A stretch of 61,687 nucleotides of DNA, counting the filler, from Squatina squatina (lineage: Eukaryota): NCBI GenBank assembly GCA_031763465.1. It is 3 parts of 3 records of this genome, joined end to end, with 100 filler letters (N's around TTAATTAATTAA, not from the genome) between each part and the next. Parts side by side here need not be neighbours in the genome. Positions count along the whole stretch, not along the records: positions 40,701 to 61,687 come from JARFOE010000080.1; 2 more parts are not named here. The stretch is one strand, 5' to 3'. Shown here piece after piece: positions 48,764-61,687 of this stretch. The notes beneath the pieces are model-generated. The model searched no databases. It had not been told where the DNA came from and saw only the letters and a list, made by a program, of their open reading frames with translations. How positions within the stretch are numbered: the stretch's first letter is position 1; the number at the start of each line of letters is the position of its first letter. The translations under genes were made by a program, and so were the position numbers.

Positions 48764-49174
48764 GGGGGAAAATTCCATCGCTCCCCGTTTGGGGGCTGTA
48801 CCACTCGCGAGGTGCGAGAGTTTGTAGCAGGCGCAGAAGTCTTGGCTCTCGTGAGAAATTGGGGTTATCGCCCCTGAAAGGAAGTGGAGCACTAAATCAA
48901 ACGCATCACTTGCTTTCTGGGCCGGTGGCGGGGTGCACGGCTCGGAAGTCTAGCGCTGTCGCGTAGATGGGGCTCCTCCCCGAATTAAATGGAAGGGCCC
49001 AAGCTGCAAACTCTGCATTAATGAAAGGGGCCTCCCTGGGCCACCGGGAAGTGGAGGTGCCGTGTCAACAGCCCGGCACTCAATCAGAGTGCTGGGCTGA
49101 CCGATCGCGGCACAGACACCGCGTTCAAAGTGCCAAAGGGGCGCTCGACAAAATCGGAAGAATTTTTTTTCCCC
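48764..49174. mobile_element. Harbinger-like MITE
   Basis: Termini gggggaaaattc / gaattttttttcccc with a CpG-rich interior. Confidence 0.7.
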
Positions 49175-49225
49175 AATTTGACAAAATAGGTAGCTGATCA
49201 GAATGCCAGTAATCCAGGTACATAC

Positions 49226-49311
49226 GCATGAGAATTCTGCTGCCATGTGGGTAGGTGAGGTGGTGTTGGATTTGCAAATGGAGCTCAAATCCTTTTCTTC
49301 CAGAATACTTG
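49226..49311 (-). CDS. Weaker candidate exon, phase-compatible with 60922-61032
   Basis: tgctcatttccag acceptor, gtatgt donor, 86 nt, phase 1/0, open: SILEEKDLSSICKSNTTSPTHMAAEFSC. Confidence 0.3.
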
Positions 49312-50562
49312 CTGGAAATGAGCAAATACTGAACCATCATTGATGGGTTATCCAGTAGTTAATGGAAGAATTTAACTCAAAGATCTCCAAGTAAGAGGAA
49401 ACACAATATGCACTGTGACACTGCAGGATAACGTGTTAATTCTGTGCTACGAGCAACAAACTGAATACTACAACTGGGAGGGGGGGGTGCAGTTTAAAGA
49501 ACGAAAACTGTATACTCTCCGGCAATGAGTGGACTTGGGGTAGGTAAAGGAATACAGATGGATGCCAATAATTACAGTTTACAAAATGGTTCTGGAAGAT
49601 ACCATTTATGTCCCATTTCATAACTCAGCCTTTAAAAATGGGTACTCCAGCAAAATATAACAGTTGGCTCCTGAAGTACTGATCTCTGAATATAGCACTA
49701 CGAGAACAAAGCATATTGCATCAATGCTGGCAATGCCTGCTTGCCATTCCTTATTTGACAATGAATGTATAAATCGGACATGTACGGTTATTCCACAGGC
49801 AAGATACAGTTAACTGCTAAATAGCACTTTTGTCATGATATACAGAAATATGGGATCATACATCAGCATAAAAATTCAAATACGAGAATTACAAGCATTT
49901 ACACGTTCACATTTTTAAAAAAAAGTAACAATTCTGTAAGGCTACTTTGAGTACCATAGTTTTAAAACATGTCTCCTCCATTAACGAATTCAACAGTTGC
50001 ATTGTCCATTTAAATGCATTCACTCTACATTGCTCTATAGTTGTTAGTGTTGCATACGTTAAGCTTTCTAAGTGGAGATACGTCTGAAACACTTGTTGTA
50101 TTAGTGTACTGGTTATTTTCCTTTAAAACCGTTCTCCATCTATCCAGGTTGATGGCCAACCCTGTACAACTTATCATTCCCCTCTGCCCCACCCCACTCC
50201 CCTAATAAAAAAGGTGGAAAAAAAACACTACTTCATTACTCGAGGTCTTGTATGTAGCAAAACAAAATGAAAAAAATCCTTCGAACACACAGAAGTTAAC
50301 TATGTTTTAACAAGTGAAGACTTCCCATCTTCCCTTGCATTTACAAAAAGTACATGGTTTGTAATCTGAAACCAGAGTTTATCCACATAATCAGCAAAAA
50401 ATAAAACCTCAANNNNNNNNNNNNNNNNNNNNNNNNNNNNNNNNNNNNNNNNNNNNNNNNNNNNNNNNNNNNNNNNNNNNNNNNNNNNNNNNNNNNNNNN
50501 NNNNNNNNNNNNCTTGAAAGGCCGAATGACTGACTCCTGTACCTATTTCTTATGTTCTTTTG

Positions 50563-51480
50563 ACTGCATTGCCTGTGGCAGTCAAGGTCACAGTAGCACT
50601 TAATTTTTATGCCACTGGAACCTTCCAGGCAGTCACAGGTGATATCTGCAACATATCACAATCCTCTGTGCACTTCTCCATAAGGGAGGTAGGTCACTGT
50701 GGCTCTGTACACTCTGAGGAATGACTATATATCATTCCATATTGCCAGAGGAGACCAGAGACAGGGAGCTCTAGGATTCAATGGGTGTGTGGAATTTCCC
50801 TTGGTCTAGGGACTGCACACATGTGGCCATGCAAGCCCCTCATTTAAACTTGGAGGTGTTCAGGAACAGGAAGGTTTTCCAGTCATTCAATGTGCAGCTC
50901 ATGTTTAACCACCGACAGAGCAACATGCAGGTCAATGCCTGCTATCCAGGGAGTTGCCACGATACATTTTAATGAGACACTCATCTGTCCCATAGATCTT
51001 TGAGCCTCAACGCAAAGTGCATGGCTGGCTACTAGGTGACAAGGGATACCCTCCAATGCCATGGCTCATGACTCCCCTATAAACCCCCAAACACCAGCTG
51101 AGGACTCATATAATGAGAACCACTCAGCCACCAGGAATAGCATTGAGTAGACTATTGGGGTCCTCAAGCAGAGGTTTGGATGCCTTGACCGGTCAGGAGG
51201 TGCCCTGCAGTACTTGGCCGAGAAGGTGTCTAGATTCGTGGTGACCTGCTGCATGATTCACAATCTGGCAATCACTGGAGACCAGCCAGTACCACCAGCA
51301 ATTGTGCCAGAGGGTCAAGCTCAGGAGCCACAAGAGGAGGAGGAGGAGGAGGAAAAGGAGGAGGAGAAGAGGAGGAAGAAGAGGAGGAGGAGAAGGAGGA
51401 CTGAGGGAATTCTAGAGGCTTCCAGGTAGACAGGCCGCACCTGGGAGGAACGCTTGCCGCCATCTAATTGAACAGTGCGT
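50563..51480 (+). pseudogene. Second decayed Harbinger (HARBI1-like) DDE transposase
   Basis: TALPVAVKVTVALNFYATGTFQAVTGDICNISQSSVH, FRNRKVFQSFNVQL, YPGSCHD, WLLGDKGYP.MPWLMTP, HSATRNSIE*TIGVLKQRFGCLDRSGGALQY..VTCCMIHN, and a GAG acidic tail. A terminus-like aaaatctgggcc lies at ~51695-51706. Confidence 0.92.
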
Positions 51481-52512
51481 TTGAGAGACGCGCTCTACCT
51501 TCGGAGAGCAATGTGGCCACATGAGGTACCTTCCATGACTTGGGAACTATCAGGCTGTTCATCATCTGCACTCAATTCTTTCAACCCTTCNNNNNNNNNN
51601 NNNNNNNNNNNNNNNNNNNNNNNNNNNNNNNNNNNNNNNNNNNNNNNNNNNNNNNNNNNNNNNNNNNNNNNNNNNNNNNNNNNNNNNNNNCCCTAAAATC
51701 TGGGCCAGATAATGCATTTTGCACTCGCCCCACACCCGCCTTCCTGAAACTCACTCCCAGAGAAAATTGGTCCCCTCTTCATTTATCAGCTTCCTTTTGG
51801 TCCTCCACCTACAACATATGCACAGTTCTTTTATGTGCCTTATATCAAATTCACTGCCTGTACTATACTTAGAAGCTCCTTTTTTAATCTGCCTCCACCT
51901 GTTTTGCTGTGTTAAGGAACATCATAGAGTCCCTTTCAACCGCCCTCAGCCTCTGACGGCAGGACAGACTACATTTGTATTCTCCAGCTCCTTTTTATTC
52001 CACAAAATTATACTCTTTTTTTTTCTTAGTTCAAATGATATGTTTTGAAAGGTTGTAATTTTATTTCCTTTGTAGGTAAGCTATCATTTATTAAACAGTA
52101 CTTGTAGGATTTCCATTTGGTCACTGAAATATAGCAATTTTTTAAAAAAGTACTGCTTAGGTCATTCCTCTTTCTTTAGCCATAAATCTTCCCAGCCGCT
52201 CAATTTCAGTTATTTTCTCTATCAGTATGTCAAAGAATTTCGAGCATCAGAGACTGTAAAAAGGTAATTGTGTTGTCTCCTTCCTTTTATAGGCTTATAA
52301 CCCATAGGCTGTTTGTTTGTGATTGGTTATTGAGAACTCCATGTATTTTTTTCAGGTCCCATGGCTATGGTTTTAGCCAATGATGGTTTCTGCCAATGCT
52401 GGGTCTGATCCCTAATTCATCTTATTATTCATTTTAGTTCAGCACTTTTGTGTTCCTTTAATTGCATCCTTTATCTAGGGGTATTTACTTTATCACATCC
52501 AACTTTTCAGAA

Positions 52513-52868
52513 GCCATAGGATCATGCAGCACAGAAGGAGGCCATTTGGTCCTTCGTGCCTGTGCTGGCTCTTTGAAATTAGCTACACTCCCTTGCTCTT
52601 TACATATGGTCCTGCAAATTTTTCCTTTTCAGGTTTAAATTCAATTCCCCTCTAAAAGTTACCATTGAATCTGCCTCCACCACCCTTTCAGGCAGTGCAT
52701 TCCAGATCATTACAGCTCGCTGCGTAAAATAGATTCTCCTCATTTCCCCTCTTTTGCAAAATACCTTCAATCTGTGTCTTCTGGTTACCAACCCTCCTGC
52801 CAGTGGAAACAGTTTCTCTTTGTTTATTCTATCAAAACCCTTCATAATTTTGAACACCTCTATCAAAT
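52513..52868 (-). mobile_element. CR1 LINE ORF2 C-terminus and 3' end
   Basis: LIEVFKIMKGFDRINKEKLFPLAGGLVTRRHRLK..FTQRAVMIWNALPERVVEA. Confidence 0.9.
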
Positions 52869-55800
52869 NNNNNNNNNNNNNNNNNNNNNNNNNNNNNNNN
52901 NNNNNNNNNNNNNNNNNNNNNNNNNNNNNNNNNNNNNNNNNNNNNNNNNNNNNNNNNNNNNNNNNNNNTGTTCCCAGCCGTTGGCTGCAACTCATTAGCA
53001 TATGAAAGCAGTCCTGGAAGTCAGGGACAACCATGCTTGGTGCTGTCCCTGTTTTAACATCGGGTTCCATTTTGTTTTGACAAGACTCCATTTTAAAACC
53101 CAGGTTATTGTCCAGAAAGTCTCAATTTGGGCACAATTCTACAGTGGCATTCAAATAATTATTACAGATGATATTGTTGCACTCGAATAAACTTAAAACT
53201 GCCAATGCAACATAAGAGCATAAGAACTAGGAGCAGGAGTAGGCCATTCGGCCCGTCGAGCCTGCTCTGCCATTCTATTAGATCATGGCTGATCTGCTAC
53301 TCCACCTTCCCGCACTATCCCAATATCTAGAAAGAAATTAAAATGAGAAAAAAATTATATATTTGAGAAAGTATAGGCTGAAAATTTCTGTTCTATAATT
53401 GCCTTTAATCTCAGCAATCCTGCTTGAGGGGTGAAATACTTTGGTTCAGAATCAACCTGTTCATCCGTAATGAAGTCTGAAAATAAACCTTAACACAGTG
53501 TTGGTTAACTTATTATAGCTGGGCAGACAACCAGTAACCGCACAGGAACCAATGCCTAAGCTACAAACCCCAGGCCCATGTCATTACATTCTTCTGCAAT
53601 ACGTTAATAAAAAAAGCACATGCTAATTTGGTCCTTCAAACTGGTAACTTAATAATTGCAATGTAAAATCCAACTATCTGTTACACACAAGGTGAAAATG
53701 AGCAACTGCTCTAGCTACTAATTTTACATTGTAATACACTCCACCCTCATTTTAACATGGCTATTGGGAACCAAATATTTCAAATTTTTTTTCAATAAGG
53801 CGCATATTATAGTGAGCATCCCATAACATGAAAAAGTTGGGAGCCAAGGTTGCCTTATAATGAGGTAGATCTATTTCAGAGCTTTATAATGAGGGTGGGG
53901 TGTAGCTGTAAACTGCTCTATGTTGTGTCTACGTTGTCTGTGTTCAGCTGCTCCAAGATTGCAGAGAAGATAACATGCTTGGCTGCAGCGTGCAATTCAC
54001 ATTTTTTAGCGGCCGACTGGCACTTTCCATTGCCTCAGCTGCGTGTCATTTCGGGATGTGTGTAGAGGCAAGCACGGTGTTAAGAATGGGCTATGACCCA
54101 TGGCAGTGCATCGCTGCCAGAAGGGGAGGAAGAGCTGACGGTCTACATTGGCCCTGACTTTGCGGTCGGCAGTGCAGCTGAGGAGCACGCCGCTGACGTC
54201 CAAATGGAATCCGCACTGACCTGTTGCAAACCCCACTTCGAGAAGTTGCTTTGAAATGCTGTGAAGTTGTGCGCAGTGTAGTGACCCACAGATCCCAGAG
54301 GCACACTGTTGTGTGTAATCATATCTGGGATCATGTGGGGCAGTGCTCCCTTCACCTCCTGACTCTTAGCCAATCAGGAAGTATAGAAATCTCCAATGCA
54401 GAAAGCCCATCAAATTGTCCCCGCTGTCTCTAATTGATTATTGAAGACCCTTTCCTTAGTTTGTGGGTATGCGTGACTTTCTGCATGATATTAAACATTC
54501 ATACTTTCATTTACTAATGTGCATTTTGAATCACAAAAGAAGTGAATGTGATCAGTAAACACAAATTCAATGCGTTTTGTTTATTTATACAATGGTTTGT
54601 CTTCTGCTGTTTGGCAGCAAGCCTATCCAAAGACAGATGGTCCCAATAATATCATGAAGTTAATAATGTAATTAGTAGCTGACCTTGTTTTATTTTTATT
54701 ATTCCCACTGCAATTTCCAAAAGAGGTTTTACCTCACACAGTAATTTGAAGTAAATTTGATTTGCATAGTTTAACCTAAATGCATTGTTATTAACGTAAT
54801 TATTAATACTTTAGTGCACTTTAGCAGATTGTTAAATGTTTCTGGCCTCTGGATAGGATCCATAAAACTCGATGAGGATGCTTTTTGCGGGCTGTAGCAT
54901 AAACCTAGCTCAAAATTAATACAATTTTATCATCGCCCCCTCCTCTTATGTGGTGCAACAGGCTTCCGCGCCTGTTTACACCAGCCGTAAAATTTTCAGG
55001 GTAATTAATGTGCAGTAAGTGGGCAATTGGCCNNNNNNNNNNNNNNNNNNNNNNNNNNNNNNNNNNNNNNNNNNNNNNNNNNNNNNNNNNNNNNNNNNNN
55101 NNNNNNNNNNNNNNNNNNNNNNNNNNNNNNNNCAAAAGTGGCTTAATGCCAGTTTTGCGCCAATTTCTCGCTAGAAGTTTTACCACAAATTGGCCGGCCC
55201 TAGTCTTGTACCACTTAGGTATTGCACTGATTGCGATGTAACCACAACCATGTTTTAAAAATGGACTGCCTGGGAATTCAGTTATCAATGGATTTTCACT
55301 AACATTGAAAAGTTAACCAGCATTTGACTATTGTTGAACAGAGCTCTGTGCATATGTATAAACTCATATGTGCAGGTCTCAGTTTTGGGGGCAAAAAGCA
55401 AGTCAGAACGAATAGTACGCTTTGGGTTGTCCAAAGCAGGTATTGTTCTCAAACCAGGCCCATACACAATGGGTTCTGTTTTGTAAATTTTCCAATAGCA
55501 TCTTAAATAATCCAGATTTTACTATTATTTCAATGTTATTTTCATTAGGACAATGCCCAAGAAAAGCAATGTTTGTTATTGAATGTCCCTACTCACCCCT
55601 TGAACATATTTCCTGGTGGTGGCCACGATGTCTCCTGGGCAGATTCAATTGAGGGGTGGAGGGTATGAAATAATTATTCAGAAGTGGAAATTTCACTGAT
55701 GCCGCCAAGAAAAGACTTGCTTGAGCATGAATATGTCATGGTTGCAAAATACTAACTCAACATAGAGCAAGGACTTTCTGGGTCTGTATATTCAGTATTC

Positions 55801-56873
55801 AACCAGGCAGTGCATTGATCCACTGAGGTGCCCCAATAACTTGCTTTACCAAGAGGTTACCATAGAATTTAATTGAAAAAAACTCCATACATGGAATTAT
55901 TCGTTCTTAAATAAGACTTGAACTTAAGTAGAACAGCCTATAACATGAGCCTGAAATCAAAAATAAACTAGAAAATAATTGACAGTAAAGTACTATTAAC
56001 TTGTGCCAGATCTGCATTGTTGCTGTTCACACTTCAGGACACACCATAGCAGAGTTCTGACTCATTGTACTGAAGAGCGATTGCTTTACAGTAGGCCCTG
56101 TCAGCATGCAGTCTGCACTGGGAAACTCATGCCAGTATGCCAGTAAGCGACAGTTAATAACGGTGTAATCCTAAAATAGTAGCAATGTTAGCGGTACAGT
56201 TTCAAGCTGACCTTTCTAACATCTAGTTTTTTCTAAATTCAGCTGAATCTTTCAGACCCAGCAGGTGGGGTCAGCCAGTCTTGTGGGCAGAAAAGTAACA
56301 GTGACTACATTCGGGACTAGTTTTCAGGAAAAAATATCCACCTGCCCCCTTCTCCATCATATTGACAGTAAAAGATCCAATGGCGAGATAAAAACTCCCA
56401 GCACAATTGTTTTCAGCAAGGTTGAAGTAACTGGAATTTATTTGTTTTTGTATTGAANNNNNNNNNNNNNNNNNNNNNNNNNNNNNNNNNNNNNNNNNNN
56501 NNNNNNNNNNNNNNNNNNNNNNNNNNNNNNNNNNNNNNNNNNNNNNNNNNNNNNNNNCAGTCTGAATTTTTTTCATTAAGACTTATTGAATGCATCTTGG
56601 AAGAGGAAATAATTAATTGTCCTTGTTTTATACTTCTGACAGACCTGTATTGTGTTGAGATCAGCATTTTACCTGTAATTTATGCAAGCTGGTCCCTTCA
56701 CAGAATATACTTTGTCCAGTTAATTGGATATTAATTAGACATTTAACGATTTTATACAGTCTGGGAAAATTATTCTAGTATTGTGGTAGTGGTCTATCTA
56801 GTATTTTTAGCATTTGATATCATTTAACTCTTGCACGGATCTCTTAATTATATTGGACAAGAAAAGTTGCCTA

Positions 56874-57034
56874 CACTGGAACTCCGTTATAGTGCGGAAC
56901 TCGTTTTAACGCGGGTCCACCTTGGACCCGCATTAAATCGGTCCTTTAAAAGAACCCCGCTATAATGCAGTTTTGGCTATAACACGGTCCAGCGATCTGG
57001 ACCCTGCAGACTGCGTTATACCGGGGTCCCAGTG
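56874..57034. mobile_element. Tigger/pogo-type (Tc1-mariner) MITE, 161 bp
   Basis: TA|cactggaactccgttatagtgcg ... ctgcgttataccggggtcccagtg|TA: terminal inverted repeats with a TA target-site duplication. Confidence 0.85.
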
Positions 57035-57345
57035 TATTTTATTTGTGATGTGAATACTCGCGATTGTATGAGCCAAACTATTGGCTTCTTCCAAGCATTT
57101 ATTCATTAATTCTATTATATACCTTCAACAGGTTTTTTTCTGTCTTGCATGTGTAATTTTTATTTCTTGCTTGGTTCTCCATTTACTGTTACAATGTAAA
57201 ATTTACTTAAAAAAATTTAACTTTTCGTAATAGAATTGAGAATGCTGTAAATAATGGCCTTTGACTGCTGCGTAAATACCAAATGTGACTGTTTTAAATG
57301 CTGATATAATTCAGTCAGAATCAACCCAATATCTGTGATATATTA

Positions 57346-57660
57346 GGGCCAATTTCCCTGATTGTAGCACCCAGGGAATACACTGACCTAGAAAGTGGGT
57401 GCAGGAATCGATCCCTACAATGGAACAGGTAGGCCTGAGGCCCACCGATACTGGGTCTCAGTCGAGCTGCAGGCACCTACCGGGCATCCCCAGGCCCTCA
57501 GGTAAGGAGGGGGCAATCAGGAGAGAATGGTGTGATCGGGTGCAGGGGGAGCGGGAAGCGGGGTGATTGCGATGGGGGAGGGCGATTGGGAAAGGGATGC
57601 GACCGAAAGAGTGTGACTACCAGGAGCAGGGTCGAGGCAACAATTGGTAGGGGAGGCGAG
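57346..57660. mobile_element. GC-rich Harbinger-like MITE fragment
   Basis: Starts tta|gggccaattt and contains purine-rich gatcggg/gattggg repeats. Confidence 0.5.
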
Positions 57661-58579
57661 ACACTTCTGAAATAAGAATGTTTTTTATTAATTTGTTCAG
57701 GTTACCAGAAGTTTACAAGGATGTAGCGTGTATAGGAATATATACTTTTGTTCCGTGCTGGCATTTTCTCTTTTTTCTTGTAGAATTGAAGAAATAATAC
57801 GTAGCAATGAATTGCTTAATAACAAGCTGTGACTTTAAACCTTTTGCCTTATTTGAGAGAACTGTTCCTTGTAGAATGGAAGAAATGCTTTCATTACTTG
57901 TTAAACTAGCAGTTTCTATAAACCTTGTCATAAAATTGACTAGTATACAACAAATGCAGAATTATTCAAGATGGAAGCAATCCATCTTCCTCTGACGGCC
58001 TCTTTCTCCTCTCACTATGTCTCTGGATGGAAGATAGTTAAAGCATTGATGGTATTATTGGCAAGTACTGTGTCCTGCATAGTCTGGAAAATGACAGATC
58101 GTTTCTGACTGACCATATGTTTTAATGATAAATGATGGGGAAACATCTACCATCCACAGCACAGACCTGAGACATTGATAAGTGGATGAAATCCAACACT
58201 AGGTCAAGGAAAGTCTGGTGGAGTAGGGATTAGTCACAGCACATTCCTGCCCAGTCTTCCTTAAAATTCAAATTAACACATTGTTTGCAGTGACTGACTC
58301 GAAGCNNNNNNNNNNNNNNNNNNNNNNNNNNNNNNNNNNNNNNNNNNNNNNNNNNNNNNNNNNNNNNNNNNNNNNNNNNNNNNNNNNNNNNNNNNNNNNN
58401 NNNNNGCGTCCACCTGGGGGTGGATGTAACAAGGCAGCAGGAGGTCTCGGTTGACAACACAGCTGTTTTTAATATTTGCCCGCTATCCCCTTTATCTTAC
58501 TCCATTGATTGCCCTGCAGACAATTATACAGGCTAAGAGGAGAGTGAGGGCTCAGAGCTAAAAAAAAAGGAAAATGAGG

Positions 58580-59075
58580 TTCTATGTTTTATATATAAGA
58601 CCATTGAATATGAAAGCAAGGCAATGATGCTGAATTTGTACAAGGTGTTGGTTAGGCCACAGTTGGAGTATGGCATACATCTATAGAAAGGAAATTAGAA
58701 ATGGAAAGGGGACAGCTAGATATGTATCAAAAATTATGTTATAGTTATGAAGACAGACTCAAAAATGTGGGCCATTTTTCACTGGAACAGATGATTAAGG
58801 GAGATCTAATAGAGGTTTTCAAATTTAGGAAAGGTTCTTAAGAGTGAAAAGAGTAAAAGATTGTTCCATTGGCTGACAAACTGGTAACAAGGGGCATAAG
58901 CTCACATACGCTCTGTTAAGAATCCTATCCTTACTTCCATTTTTCTTTTTCCCAAAGTGACATTTTTCTGCATTGAATTTCATCTGCCACCTATCTGCCT
59001 ATTTATCTCCACCTGCATTCTTCCTTACAATTTGCCATGCCTTCTAATTTGGTATCATCAGCAAAATTCAACAGC
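58580..59075. mobile_element. Decayed CR1 ORF2 fragments (+ strand 58580-58905, - strand ~58920-59075)
   Basis: LNLYKVLVRPQLEY and RGDLIEVF-like motifs on +. On -, tttgctgatgataccaaatt (FADDTK). Confidence 0.75.
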
Positions 59076-60921
59076 ATTCTCTTATGCCAAACCCTGGGCC
59101 ACCGCTTAACCCAAGTGGCTGCATTCCATTTAAGACAATGCACCTTCATTTTTGCAACAAGTTTCTCATGTCAAATCTCTTCTGAAAACCCATACAAACA
59201 ACATCCACCGCATTTGGCATTTATGGTGTGATGCTGCAAAGCTGAGCTCCCAGTGGGGAAAGGGCACTTGCAGAAATGTGATTTACTTATAGGGCAGCAA
59301 TATTGTAGCCCCGAAATACAGCAAGAGGAATTTGAAGACAGGGTGTGGGGGTAGTAACACTTACAACTCTACAGGATCAAAGGGAGGAACGTTGATCACA
59401 TGTCTCCACTGTGGACAATTAGTCCACTCTTCTGCTGCCACCACAAACTCCCCTTTAATGCCTCTGCAGATCTTATGCACCCCAGCCAAGTGTGTTAAAG
59501 GGCCAAGTTCTCCGAAGAGCAGGATGTTCTCACAGCATCCTGGCCAACTTTGGCCCCTCAGCCAGCAAAAAATCTCAGTGTTGAACATCTGTCAACATAA
59601 TGGTCACTGCATTTCAAAAGTAATTTATTATATATGAAGTGCCTTGACGTCTTTGAAGAGACGTGACAAGATGCATCTTTCTTTCAGATCTTGGAGGGTT
59701 ACTTAAAACTTACTTTCATAAGTAAAGAGCAGCAGTCTTGGCACCTCTGTGTGTGGCTCTAACCAAGTACCCATGACATAGCACTTAGTGTTACAGCTGA
59801 GTGAGTTGTGAGCAGTATTACACTGAAGCACTCATTACTGTAATGCAATAATCCCACCAAATCCTCTTCTGAAAAGTTTTACCATAGTGAACTTTAGGAA
59901 TAGGAACTAAAGTGTATTAAACATTTGTTTCATATCAGTAACAATTAGCTTGCACTGTATTTCTTTTCTATTAGAATGATATTGAATTACGGTCACAATC
60001 TCCACACAGATATTTAAGATATTACAGTTGATTCAATGAGCGTTAGCAAGACTTCAATACATGTCAAGAACACAAAGGCACTTAGGTTTTGTAAGGGATT
60101 AAATTATTCAGTGACATCGCTCACCCATAAGTTTTTGATGAAAGTTCAAGACTCACTGAATTCTTTCCAATTAAATTAAATAAATTGAATTCTGGCAATG
60201 GACTGAATACAGCATGTACAATAGGTGTGAGAATTGATTTTTTTAATGGATTACTGATAATTTAGATTCTTGAGAACAGTCTTGAGACCCTCATTTAATT
60301 CTAGGCAGTTCATTCATGTAGAAAGGCACTGAAAGACTATTCTTTTAAGATATACATTATACAGCTCTACAGAATGATCTAAGCTTTTCAAAATCATGTA
60401 AAATATTGTTGCTTCACTAAAGTAGTTCCTGATGACATTGGATATTTAAAAAAAAAATCATTCATCAGTTTTTCTATTAGTGTCTCAAGTATCCATTTTT
60501 CTCCATAAATAACTTCTTTCATTTCAATGTATCAATGTAAAGGAGTGATGAACAGTTTGGGGTATGGCAATAAATAAAACCAGCAGAATAAAAGATTTGT
60601 TTGCTCACCAAATATTGAATACTAGTTGATTTCTCGTGGTGTGGGGATTTAAAGAAAAGAAAGATATTCACCACGTCAGGCTGTCCCAAATGATTTACAA
60701 CCAATGAAGTACATTTTGGAGTGTATTCACTGTCGTAATGTAGGAAACGCGGCAGCCAATTTGCGCACGGCAAACTCCCACAAACAGCAATGTGATAATG
60801 ACCAGATAATCCCAAGAGTTAGTTTGTCCTTTCGCCTTTTTTGCCATCCCCATCTGCTCTTGCTCACTTGTTCTTGATGAATCACCTTGTGTACTCTGCT
60901 AAAAATCACTATCTCACTCAC

Positions 60922-61032
60922 ACGTGATGCCAGTTTTTGAGCTGATATTTGGCATGGTAAGATTGAGTGCTGATGCATTGTTATCAAGGTTTGCACTCTG
61001 CCAGGCACTAATGTCCGAGTCATCTGTTGGAC
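60922..61032 (-). CDS. Candidate internal coding exon of an unidentified gene
   Basis: Strong acceptor tctctgtctctgtcctctag, gtgagt donor, 111 nt, symmetric phase 1/1, open: PTDDSDISAWQSANLDNNASALNLTMPNISSKTGIT. Confidence 0.55.
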
Positions 61033-61687
61033 CTAGAGGACAGAGACAGAGACATATGTTAAGAGGTGGACTTTAAAGCACAAGCACATATCAAATCATT
61101 AGCCCAGATTGTCATGTTTAGCAGGCGAGTAAGGGCATGATTGAAATGGTTAAACAGGAAGAGTAAAGGTAGGTAAGATGCCCCTAAACATGACTATGAA
61201 AGGCCTAAAACTTTGCCATCTCAGACGCTGCTAAAATGTCAATGGCAGCGTCTTTCATCAGGGGCAGTGATTGTAGAATGGCAGGACCACTTCCTGCGCT
61301 AGTTGTCTCCCTTCTGTTTTGGGACAGTTTCTCTTGCAGGTAGAGTCTAACTGGGTAATTATGTGCCTTCGGCTAAAGCTTTCAACCCTTACCGTGGATA
61401 AGCCAGCTTTCCACAGTGAACATGATGGCAGGAAGAAGCAGCAAGTTCAGCCCAAAGGAAAATTGTTTGTGAGAACAATAGCAACTTTTGAGGGTGAGAG
61501 TGAAAGTAGAAAGGAATTCCAGTGAAATCTTCCCAGCTGGTTTATGGATACTGACGAGAAGCAGTGCAGTGCAGGCTCCAACCAGTTCCATGTAGATGGG
61601 AAAGAAGAGGCCCAGCAATGGTAAGTCTTCAGTTATTTTTTGGGCCTCAAATGAGCTGGAGTCACAAATATAATCTGGGCCACTGCC

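Noticed and set aside
51333-51400. GAG/AAG low-complexity run as an independent coding repeat
   Set aside because: It is the acidic tail of the Harbinger transposase, also present in the copy at ~1733-1780.
59365-59465. Possible minus-strand exon ending in gtaagt
   Set aside because: Poor polypyrimidine tract, phase incompatible with the neighbouring candidate exon, adjacent to a SINE remnant, and no homology recognised.

Overview
Eukaryotic DNA, very probably from a cartilaginous fish (shark-type CR1/L2 LINE ends, Deu-type and other tRNA-derived SINEs, Harbinger elements, a dogfish-like PYY). It comes from a fragmented assembly with a 100-N gap every 1-4 kb. Two artificial spacers (44N-TTAATTAATTAA-44N at 19110-19209 and 40601-40700) split the window into three pieces that need not be neighbours in the genome. 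Piece 1 (1-19109) holds three minus-strand MPP2 exons and two PYY coding exons, the conserved PYY-MPP2 gene pair, plus a decayed Harbinger transposase inside an MPP2 intron. Piece 2 (19210-40600) is mostly non-coding and repeat-rich, with a 30-bp minisatellite, one DTD1 exon carrying a frameshift and the TAF5L terminal exon carrying an in-frame TAG. Piece 3 (40701-61687) has no gene I can name, but holds Harbinger transposase and Myb/SANT remnants, MITEs, two candidate orphan exons and a perfect 47-bp inverted repeat. It also holds the most intriguing signal: a decayed minus-strand reading frame (~46585-47280) whose motif order and spacing resemble the RuvC half of a Fanzor1 (eukaryotic TnpB-like RNA-guided nuclease). 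All homology calls were made by eye from remembered family sequences; no searches were run.
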